Shown in pieces: positions 1-10,600 of a stretch of DNA of 64,000 bases (positions are counted from its first letter, which is position 1; the number at the start of each line of letters is the position of its first letter). This DNA is from Neoechinorhynchus agilis (lineage: Eukaryota; Animalia; Acanthocephala). The notes under the pieces are model-generated. The model saw only the letters and a list, made by a program, of their open reading frames with translations, ran no database searches and had not been told where the DNA came from. Location of the stretch: NCBI GenBank assembly GCA_051530055.1, contig CM121341.1:16346784-16410783 (forward strand), read 5' to 3'. The translations under genes and the position numbers were made by a program.

Positions 1-530
1 TTCGGACCAAATGAAGTGGTCTTCGAAAAGCAAAGGACTCGCCGTCCTGTAGGCATTGAGAGAATACTGGAAGGCTTCTGGGGCATGATCCCTAATATCG
101 CGAACATGGTTTCTCTATTGAGAGAGTTAAAAACGTAAGGCAATCGTTGACCAATCCCGTAAATGCTTTGGCGACCAGATATCGCGCGCCTTTTGGGATC
201 CGTTTTAGGACGTTCCTGGGCAGAAACCGCACGATATCAGGTATCGAAATAGAATCAGTGGTGATCTGAGGGGTCTCAGGCACGAAAGGTTCGGTTAATT
301 GTGGTGGAGAACCAGACCCACTACAGAGGAGATCCCGGGGACCATGGACAAACAAAACTCCAGATTGGTTAATTTAAAAGACCTACCGCAAACCGGACAC
401 AAACCAGTAGAGACGCGTGGGAGCCCGGCAGCGTTGGTCTTCTCAGGTTGATCATGATCGATGAGTGGCGCGTTCAAATTATCTGCGTCAGCAGCGTCGA
501 TTGTAGGCGATTTGAACACATTGTGACGTA
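1..530 (-). mobile_element. Internally deleted CRE-like non-LTR retrotransposon remnant, runs off the window start
   Basis: Frameshifted N-terminal zinc finger (CPVCGRSFKLTNL/VLFVHGPRDLLC) and KRIPKGARYLVA motif, joined at ~135 directly to RT-like FNSLNRETMFA...CPEAFQYSLNAYRTASPLLFEDHFIWSE, the stretch that precedes GxxQGDPLG in CRE-clade RTs. Confidence 0.7.
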
Positions 531-537
531 ATTTGGA

Positions 538-1039
538 TGAACGAAAATATTTTGAAATAATCGAAATACAGTAGAACGCCCATTATCCGGATCTGAATAC
601 TGCCCTACTCAACTTCTGTTGCTCAAGAGAAACAGAGATTCTTCAGCGAACAAACGAAGGTGTGCCATGGGGTACAGAGATCAAATAAGTTATTATTTTA
701 GAAAATTAGGCTAAAATTTATGTAATTATGCTCCAATTTTGCTTTTTTAAACCACTTCCACTGCATGTTAAGAACTTTGACATCTGTATTCTAGTTTTAA
801 ATACTAAATACATCACATTGAGTTTTCGGTAATCTGAAAAATCTCGTATCCAAATGATGTTCGGTCAAAATTAATTCGGATAAAGGACGTTCTGCTGTAC
901 TCTCATTGGTTTGGGGATGTGTCGACTACAAACGACCCACATCCGCAAAAATAATGTTGTCTCCATTTTTCGAAACGACACATCCATTTGACAAATATTT
1001 TCATTTTGAATCTAAAGCTATGACATAAGTTTAAGGCGG
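538..1039 (+). repeat. 502-bp dispersed duplication, copy 1 (copy 2 at 38814-39315)
   Basis: Near-identical sequence from TGAACGAAAATATTTT to TAAGGCGG at both loci; contains the MITE plus flanks. Confidence 0.95.
569..897 (+). mobile_element. 329-bp Tc1/pogo-type MITE, copy 1
   Basis: TA|CAGTAGAACGCCCATTATCCG ... CGGATAAAGGACGTTCTGCTG|TA: imperfect ~24-bp TIRs starting CAG, flanked by TA, no ORF. Confidence 0.85.
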
Positions 1040-1094
1040 AGGAACTTTTGTAAGTTTCCAATTGCGAATGCGAATTCAAGGAGCTCTCGGGGCG

Positions 1095-1530
1095 CTTCCA
1101 CAAGAAAACTTTTGCTTCCGTAAAGTAGCAGCACTGTCCGGGAATTGAGACTAAGAGGATAATACAAAACCGATCGCAGTCTTTTAAATTCATCAAATGA
1201 TCTGTTCCGTTATGGAATTCGTCAATACAATAGTAATGGAATCGCCCTCAGAAGCAATCCACAGAATGCACCGTGAACAGTGTGATGTAGTCTAAATAGG
1301 GCAAAAGATGCAGGGCATTAAAAAGAAGGTCGTCCAGCACAATCAGGTTTACAGCAGATTTGAGAATTTCTCTGCCATTTCCAATCACCAACAGACTTTT
1401 CAACATTGCGCTGAGTTTGGTGGTACTTATTTTGTAGAAAGAGAGCCAAACCTAAAGAGACGTCTTGTTTTGGAAGCCTAACATATCGCTGTGTCCAACA
1501 CAATGGAAGGAAATAAAGCTAATTTTAGCA
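1095..1530 (+). mobile_element. Decayed Penelope-like element fragment (linker plus GIY-YIG endonuclease)
   Basis: Translation with stops: LLLP* linker, then EQCDVV*IGQK...KKKVVQH and SAISNHQQTFQH...EREPNLKRRLVLEA*HI, matching the PLE CxxCxxxYIGQT...H...SAIxxH...ExxxxKRxxLEAxxI pattern. Confidence 0.7.
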
Positions 1531-1683
1531 CAAAAGCACAATGGGAGCGGAAACGTGATCCCGAACTTCGGATAAGGCCATCCCGTGCTCCCGAGCCAAA
1601 GAACACATTATTTGTAAAATCCCCTTGTAGATGATTTATGAGGCGAGGTTATCTCGTGAAATATTTCAAATGCATCAAATATG

Positions 1684-1869
1684 TTATTAGAAGTATTATT
1701 TAGCTCTTCACTCGGTAAATAATTTTTTATTAAAAAAAATTTCGAATCTCGACAGTTATTAAGCGTCTTTTAATAACTAACGAACTGACGGTGAATCCGA
1801 CGAGATTCGAAACTTCTTTAATGCAAAAAATTATCTACCGAGTGACGACCTAAATAATACTTCTAATAA
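1684..1869. mobile_element. Fold-back element/MITE with ~65-bp imperfect arms
   Basis: TTATTAGAAGTATTATTTAG..TCACTCGGTA...TTCGAATCTCG mirrored by CGAGATTCGAA...TACCGAGTGA..CTAAATAATACTTCTAATAA. Confidence 0.85.
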
Positions 1870-1947
1870 TATAACCCGAAATCTCACATATCGATATTTT
1901 AAAATATGTCATGCCCGGGAGTATGCTGATCACAATTCTAGTCATTT

Positions 1948-4900
1948 TTATATCACCAAAGAGTTTAATTCAAAATCAAATTTAACCATCAGGAGGTACT
2001 TAATATTGATTTGATTGACATCATAGACAATATACCTAATTATGGAATCTTAAATTTTTCAATTTAAAATGTATACTTACTCATTATAGAGAAGACCTGA
2101 TTCAATGTTGGAATCAGTTATTGGTTTGCCGATCGGAATTCGAACTCCATCATCCGTGACATGATCCATTTTTGGATCGGGAAACGTCTTACCGATCCCT
2201 TTATCGAACACATGGAACTTTCTTGCTTAACCCCTCGCATCGAATTCCATGAGTTTCTTACAACTGTGAGTTCCGTTTGGTAACTTCTTTATGAACTTTG
2301 CTGCATGACACTCCATAATGTTTCCTAGAGCTACTTCAGATAAGAGAAGGAGTCCCGTGTTGTTCTCAGGACTTGCAAAACAATAATTTGCACTTTTAGA
2401 TACCATATCAGCGAAGTAGATTCCCTTTCCGAACATATAGCCAGTGACTGGTGCTTCAGGTGGCGCTATTCGGAGACCTTGAGAAAGTATTCCGGCATAG
2501 TTAGTAGTCCGACTTCCATGCCACAATAGAGTTCGATTGGGCAGAGCCCTCTTGAAGGGCATATATCGAGATTCTTCGTCTTTCCGACTAACGCTGTAAA
2601 TCTCATCAACCACAATTTTGTATTCACGGTGAGTAGGAGCGTGAGTGTTGTTCACATATTCACAAATAAGCTTATAATCGGGATTATCTCGGTCTAAGAA
2701 GCTTATTTGGCAATTGAGTTTCATGAAATGAGTTTTAAGTGGATCAAGGTTCTCGTCATTTCCCTCCGTCGTCAACATGCTGTAAGCTATTTCAATCTCC
2801 ATCATGTTCGATAGCATGTCCGATTTAGCCTTAAGCACAAAACGAGCACGGGGTTATGTAAGTTTCTTCATTTTTTTACTGGAAATATGTGAAATTTCCC
2901 TAATCGGAGTTATATAAGCAATCAATCTAGGCAATATAAAAGTTCAAAAACCCGATTCTACCCAGTACCTTAGCCAACCGTGTGATCAAACAACAGTGAG
3001 AATTTATCAATAAGCAATTATTAGAAGCTTATATTAAACAAGAAATGCTAATTGCGGAAATGTGGTTCGAAACGTCTTCTAAAACAGATACGCGGGGAGA
3101 ATTCATTCATCAAAAGCAGTAAATTGCTTACAAAACCAACATAGTTTGTTACCTTTATTTTAGAACCATCGTCCAAAAGCGGAATTCTGCCTAATCCAAA
3201 GTCGTGTGGAACAAGAGTAAAAAACCGCGTTGTTGCATCCAACACTCGAGTACTGCTACGATCCCCACCGTTAATTAGTTCCTGCAGCTCACTTAGCACT
3301 TCGAAAGCCTTGCGGATTCGATTTTTTGATATTTTTCCAAGTGGCATCTTTGAAAGATCCACCTTCGAACAACCGCCCATAATTAAAGCTTTAAAAAACA
3401 AACAAACAAACCTCGAATTGAAGAAGTGTTTTATTCATCGCTTCAATATCGAATATCAGTCTTACCAGCTTTTGCAGAGATTTTTCAAGGCTTGATTCAG
3501 TATCATTCATTTTTTGAGCTTTCTCAATTGCATCAACATCTCCATAATCGAGTTCTACAGGGTAAAATTTATTGGGAACTTTTTTGAATGTATCTCGCGT
3601 GTTCCACGAATTACCAGTCTTCTCGAAAAATAGATTAGTAAACATATTAATGGCGTCCCCTCGGTCTATACATTCGTCAAGTTTTGAACCTCCTACATCC
3701 GTTCCAACACGTCCCCATGAGCGAAACACATAGTAGCTGCCTCGAATATCGTCAGGCTCCAGAATTTGAATTTTGTAATACGAATTGCATGACCGGATGA
3801 TATCTACTAGGTTGAGAATAGCACTCATTGGACGGAGTTTTCCTTTTTTGTCTTTAATAGTCACTGCAGCGATAGGCGGTCTCTTGACAAGTGTGAACGT
3901 TCTTTTTAAGTATAAGATATTTAGTGATTCTATTAGAAGAAATATGCTCTAACTAGCAAAATCGGGATTTGTGAGTGAGCTGTTTTACACGGCAAATATT
4001 TTGCGTATTTTTGCTATCGAAATACAAATTAAGGTTCGGCGATTGGACTTTTATCCTGCTTACATGGACAACTAACCGCCGCTCTATAACATGGTAATCG
4101 TCACTTAATTCTGCATCCGGATCAACAGCAGTCATTTCACCTCCTTTAATTGTCATTTTCATCATTTTACTCGACTTCTCTTCACCTTCTACAAATTTCC
4201 TCTTTATTCGTTCGTCTTTCCAATCAGACAAAATATATTCACTTAAATTAACAGCCATATCGTTTGCCTCAATCAATTTTGTTATTATCTCCTCCGAAAT
4301 GACTGGTACTCCAAGTTTTTCCGCATCAATCTCTTTGCCTTTTTCAGCCGAAATCACTCCAGTCGTTCTTTCCGAGACTTTAGTTAAAACTTTACCACCC
4401 ACACGTTCAATCAAAGCTTTAGCATCAGCGGGCTTGTAAATATTCAATCTTCCCATTACAAATTTCATTCCTCGAAGTGGTTGAATAGTGGATTTTGGCC
4501 TTTCTACAAAAATTCTTTTAGTTTTATGCTTGTATTTTCCAACAACTTTTACAATTTCTTCATCATCAAGTTTGATTTTCATCCTCTTGCCTACTGGTTC
4601 AGTCGTTATGTACATACATTTGGTCCATTCCGTCAAATTCCCAGTGCATTTATAACCATACGGATCATTGGTAAGTAATCCAGAACATTCTGGGCATTTC
4701 GGTAAACAACCAAACATTATGCGATCTACCAGCGCTTCGAGCAGCGCAGCCTCACCCGTAGGAACAAATTGCTCATTTGAAAAGAGAATATCCTTTATTG
4801 CCGCTTGAGATACCACTTTACCGATTTTATCCTTTAGATTCCAAATCTCTTTATTTTGTTGTATAAACCCGTCGTCAACTTTTTTCACCTCAGTTGATAC

Positions 4901-5554
4901 CTTTAACTCTTTTTCAGGTGGCTTTAATAAAATCTCTTTGGATTTCTCACTCAATCCTGAACCGAATTTGTCTATCAAGATTATCTGATCTAGAGTGTTC
5001 AATCTTGCAAACCCGTCAAAAGTTTCAGCACATCCGTCAAAGTCAACAGAAAAACACTGTGGATGGTACCACTTGTCAATCTTGACGTGCCGTTCTCCTG
5101 CCTCGTTTCGCGAAATCCTTAAAGCTCCTTTATCAATCTTCATCTCACAACCACGACATTTACTCCTTGCTGTTTTGGCGTAATCTGTCTTATAATCCGA
5201 CTGGGTCAATTGTTTTATTTCGTCAAGAACATCCACGTTATTACATAGCGTAACTACCTTCTTCGGTGCACATCCATTGCCACTCACTTTAGAGACCAAA
5301 GCCCGAATGCTCTCTTGGTCTTCCCAACGAAGATCACAAATACCATCAATCTCATCGCCCGAAATTGGCATACGACCTTTAATTTCGAAAAAACATTTCA
5401 TGTGGTACCAATTGGGTGTAACGCCGTCGAATATATGCGATTGTACCATTTTAGCAATACGAAGTGCCCCTTTCGTTATCGTGGTCTTGCAATGTTTGCA
5501 TCCAGCACGACCGCTTTTAGCATAGTCACATTTGTAATCTGGAGAATCAGCCAT
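1948..5554 (-). CDS. PARP1: Poly(ADP-ribose) polymerase 1; modelled exons 5554-4086, 3856-3412, 3362-3153, 2829-2258, 2200-2081, 2035-1948 (967 aa)
   Basis: ZnF1/ZnF2 (DYAKSGRAGCKHC, DYAKTARSKCRGC), PADR1, BRCT, WGR (FRSWGRVG), regulatory domain and catalytic H-Y-E (LLWHGS, GIYFAD, LLYNEYIVY). Three GT-AG introns (3411-3363, 3152-2830, 2080-2036) plus two non-canonical; the joined frame is open (2904 nt). Confidence 0.95.
2201..2257 (-). other. Putative non-canonical intron, 57 nt, TAA|GA...TAA|
   Basis: In-frame insert carrying a TAA; removal restores HSCKGIGKT; the ends form a stem. Confidence 0.75.
3857..4085 (-). other. Putative non-canonical intron, 229 nt, TAT|AG...TAT|
   Basis: Removal gives DYHVIKDKKGKLRPMSAILNLVD; the ends are partly complementary. 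Confidence 0.6.
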
Positions 5555-5800
5555 CTGAAGAATTGGAAAAAGTTAAAATGGTTTCCAATTTTAAGTGAAC
5601 ATTTCTCTACCCACTTGCAAAGTTTTGAACAAAACCCAATGAAATGATAGTTACCTGATTAACCAAAGAAAATAAGCTCTCAAGATCAATGTCGCATTTT
5701 AATAACTTCTAAATTTCTAAATCCAGTATGATTACGATGAATCACAAACAAAGTGATAAATAAAATTTGAGTTTGAGACGAATTGACTCTGAATGACACG

Positions 5801-5953
5801 CGAATTAATTTTGACCGAACACCATTCGGATACGAGATTTTTCAGGTAACCGAAAACTCAATGTGATGTATTTAGTATTTAAAACTAGAATCTCTGTTTC
5901 TCTTGAGCAACAGAAGTTGAGTAGGGCAGTATTCTGATCCGGATAATGGACGT
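5801..5953 (-). mobile_element. Internally deleted, end-truncated third MITE copy upstream of PARP1
   Basis: Reverse complement matches the MITE 5' part fused to its 3' part at a shared ATTCT. Confidence 0.85.
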
Positions 5954-7335
5954 GCTAACATTTCTTGACAATTTATTACATGAGTGAATAACAACTGTAT
6001 GGGATGGAACTTGGCAAGACAATAGTCGGCCAGTCTCATTTGCCATATTTCATCGATCCTAGATTTTATTAAAATTATAAATTTCCAAGCGAATAATTAA
6101 ATGGGCGATTTAAAAAAACGGATAACAGGAAACTTATTTTTGTAACACCATTACATCGCCAAACTTAATTCGATCGCCGTTTCAAATTACTAAAGCGACT
6201 GCAATCCATCCAAATGTCAAGGTTTCGAAAACGTACCGACAAGTCATTTCTAAAGGGTAGTCAATTCTGCACAAGAGACGAAACAAAAATTAAATTCTAA
6301 ATTTCCGGTGGCAATAAGCTTATTTCGCATGAGCTCATAAAAGCAAGATTTTACGCAAAACTGATTTTAGTCTACAAAAAATATCTCGATTTTTTAGCGC
6401 AAGTTAATGACAATTTTAAAGACTGAATTCATCAATTACCAAAAGCGATTGAGACGTAAAAACGAGTGCAAAATCTGAAACAAAGAAGTATAATTATAAA
6501 GAAAATCGTGATGATCGGAAAAAATCGGAACAATTTTCAGTTTTATTTGATAAATTTAAAAAATTGGTAATCTATAGGGAAACACGTTTATGAATTTCAT
6601 ATTATTACAAAAATCGTTCTTAAATGCACGTCGGTTACAAACGATCCCCGCAATATAAAATTCTTCAAGTGACTTTAACAGAGGGCTTTAATCTGTCATC
6701 GATATAACGCAACAAATCAAAAGATGTTCTCTGACTATGAATCAGATGACTTTCCTTCAAGAAAGACGAGACAAATGACAGGGTGTCAAATACGGAGAGA
6801 TTCGATGTGCTCTCGAAATGCGCAAATTAGCCAGCAAACGCTATTCGGAAACCGTCAATACCTTTAATTAGCAACGGGATGAAAGTACACAAAATTTGGT
6901 CTATCAATAACGAACAAACTGATGATGCGTTCAATAATCAGTGCAATGAACCAAAAGTTATTTTATAAAAGCATCTTTAACAGCCTCCAGTTTGAAAAAT
7001 GATTTTGAAAGCACAAATATTTAGCCGTCAGAGAATTGAATTCTTTAAATAAGCGAAAATTACATAAAATATTGAACGAAAAGGGGAGTTCAAAAACGAT
7101 TCTTCACGAGCTTATGGTTAATTGAAATTAAAGGTATTAATACCAAAAATCTTTATATACAACGTTAAAAACGAACCCGAACACAAACGTATTAAAAAAG
7201 AATCCCGCGAACGAACCTTTTTACGACCTCAAAAAAGAACCAATTCTAGTTTCGATAAACTTTCGACCCTTACACAACACCCTAAAGAATGGATAACAAA
7301 CAAAAGTTCGAAAGATAAAAATCACCAAGCAAACA

Positions 7336-7545
7336 TTCTACGTCCCTTTCGGCGTTGATACGCTCGGTGCTGAGGCCAAGAACTTTGCGGCGGATCTTTC
7401 AAGGAAGATGAGGATCGCAACCGGAGAACCAAGAGCAGGAACGTTCTTCCTGCAAAGTATAGGTCACGCGATCCAGCGCGGCAACGCTGCAAGTGTCCTT
7501 GCGACGGTGCCGAGTGGTAAAGAGATGGATCTGGGAAGTTTGTGA
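7336..7545 (+). mobile_element. 5'-truncated 3' end of a CRE-like retrotransposon
   Basis: VPFGVDTLGAEAKNFAADLSRKMRIATGEPRAGTFFLQSIGHAIQRGNAASVLAT*, the same C-terminal motif as the element at 46970-47323. Confidence 0.85.
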
Positions 7546-7661
7546 AATATACATCTTTGCTTGAAAATTTTTTTTGGTAATGGATTGAAATCCCGAAAAG
7601 AAATTTTCCGCCAACTCAACACCGAAAGTAACACCAATCTATTGTTCACTTTGAACAACCA

Positions 7662-10600
7662 AATTCTGTAACCAAAAGTAGAAATCTGCCCTGCGTTCTA
7701 GGATTTATGATCATGTTCTTAATTAATCGTTAGATTGGTTTGAATGGAAATTTCGACTTTTGAATAAAAACTGAAAAAGAGAAGATTATGCGATAATCTT
7801 CAATAAAGGCTTGTTTTCATGTCTCCAGAATCGATTAAGCGATCAGAAACATACTAACCAAAAGTAGAAATCTGCCCTGCGTTCTAGGATTTATGATCAT
7901 GTTCTTTATTAATCTTTAGATTGGTTTGAATGGAAATTTCGACTTTTGAATGAAAACCGAAAAAGAGAAGATTATGCGATAATCTTCAATAAAGGCTTGT
8001 TTTCATGTCTCCAGAATCGATTTAGCGATCAGCAAAAGTCTGTAACCAAAAGTAGAAATTTGCCCTGCGTTCTAGGATTTATGATCATGTTCTTTATTGA
8101 TCTTTAGATTGGTTTGAATGGAAATTTCGACTTTTGAATGCAAACTGAAAAAGAGAAGATTATGCGATAATCTCCAATAAAGGCTTGTTTTCATGTCTCC
8201 AGAATCGATTTAGCGACCAGCAAAAATCTGTAACGAAAAGTAGAAATCTGCCCTGCGTTCTAGCATTTATGATCATGTTCTTTATTGATCTTTAGATTGA
8301 TTTAAATGGAAATTTCGACTTTTGAATGAATACTGAAAAAGAGAAGATTATGCGATAATCTTCAATAAAAGCTTGTTTTCATGTCTCCAGAATCGATTAA
8401 GCGATGAGAAAAATCTGTAACCTCAAGTAGAAATCTGCCCTACGTTCTAGCATTTATGATCATGTTCTTTATTGATCTTTAGATTGCTTCGAATGGAAAT
8501 TTCGACTTTTAAATGAAAACTGAAAAAGAGAAGATTGTGCGATAATCTTCAATGAAGGCTTGTTTTCATGTCTCCAGAATCGATTTAGCGACCAGCAAAA
8601 ATCTGTAACCTCAAGTAGAAATCTGCCCTGCGTTCTAGCATTTATGATCATGTACTTTATTGATCTTTAGATTGGTTTGAATGGAAATTTCGACTTTTGA
8701 ATGAAAACTGAAGAAGAGAAGATTATGCGATAATCTTCAATAAAGGCTCGTTTTCATGTCTCCAGAATCGATTTAGCGATCAGAAAAAAATTTGTAACCA
8801 AAAGTAGAAATCTGCCCTGCGTTCTAGCATTTATGATCATGTTCTTTATTGATCTTTAGATTGCTTTGAATGGAAATTCCGACTTTTGAATGAAAACTGA
8901 AAAAGAGAAGATTATGCGATAATCTTCAATAAAAGCTTGTTTTCATGTCTCCAGAATCGATTTAGCGATCAGAAAAAATCTGTAACAAAAAGTAGAAATC
9001 TGCCCTGCGTTCTAGCATTTATGATCATGTTCTTTATTGATCTTTAGATTGCTTTGAATGGAAATTTCGACTTTTGAATGAAAACTGAAAAAGAGAAGAT
9101 TATGCGATAATCTTCAATAAAAGCTTGTTTTCATGTCTCCAGAATCGATTTAGCGATCAGAAAAGATCTGTAACAAAAAGTAGAAATCTGCCCTGCGTTC
9201 TAGCATTTATGATAATGTTCTTTATTGATATTTAGATTGATTTAAATGGAAATTTCGACTTTTGAATGAAAACTGAAAAAGAGAAAATTGTGCGATAATC
9301 TTCAATAAAGGCTTGGTTTCATGTCTCCAGAATCGATTTAGCGATCAGACCAAAAATTGTAACCAAAAGTAGAAATCTGCCCTGCGTTCCAGCATTTATG
9401 ATCATGTTCTTTATTGATCTTTACATTGATTTAAATGGAAATTTCGACTTTTGAATGAAAACTGAAAATGAGAAAATCGTGCGATAATCTTCAATAAAGG
9501 CTTGGTTTCATGTCTCCAGAATCGATTTAGCAATCTGAAAAATACTGTAACCAAAAGTAGAAATCTGCCCTGCGTTCTAGCATTTATAATCATGTTCTTT
9601 ATTGATCTTTAGATTGATTTGAATGGAAATTTCGACTTTTGAATAAAAACTGAAAAAGAGAAGATTATGCGATAATCTTCAATAAAGGCTTGTTTTCATG
9701 TCTCCAGAATCGATTAAGCGATCAGCAAAAATCTGTAACCAAAAGTTTAAAACTGCCCTGCGTTCTAGCATTTATGATCATGTTCTTTATTGATCTTTAG
9801 ATTGGTTTGAATAGAAATTTCAACTTTTGAATGCAAACTGAAAAAGAGAAGATTGTACGATAATCTTCAATAAAGGCTTCTTTTCATGTCTCCAGAATCG
9901 ATTTAGCGACCAGCAAAAATCTGTAACCAAAAGTAGAAATCTGCCCAGCGTTCTAGCATTTATAATCATGTTCTTTATTGATCTTTAGATTGATTTAAAT
10001 GGAAATTTCGACTTTTGAATGAAAACTGAAAAAGAGAAAATTGTGCGATAATCTTCAATAAAGCCTTGTTTTCATGTATCCAGAATCTATTTAGCGATCA
10101 GAAAAAATCTGTAACCAAAAGTAGAAATCTGCCCTGCGTTGTAGCATTTATGATCATGTTCTTTATTGATCTTTAGATTGGTTTGAATGGAAATTTCGAC
10201 TTTTGAATGCAAACTGAAAAAGAGAAGATTATGCGATAATCTTCAATAAAGGCTTCTTTTCATGTCTCCAGAATCGATTTAGCGACCAGCAAAAATCTGT
10301 AACCTCAAGTAGAAATTTGCCCTGCGCTCTAGGAATTATGATCATGTTCTTTATTGATCTTTAGATTGGTTTGAATGGAAATTTCGACTTTTGAATGAAA
10401 ACTGAAAAAGAGAAGATTATGCGATAATCTTCAATGAAGGCTTGTTTTCATGTCTGCAGAATCGATTTAGCGTTCTGAAAAATACTGTAACCAAAAGTAG
10501 AAATCTGCCCTGCGTTCTAGCATTTATAATCATGTTCTTTATTGATCTTTAGATTGATTTGAATGGAAATTTCGACTTTTGAATAAAAACTGAAAAAGAG

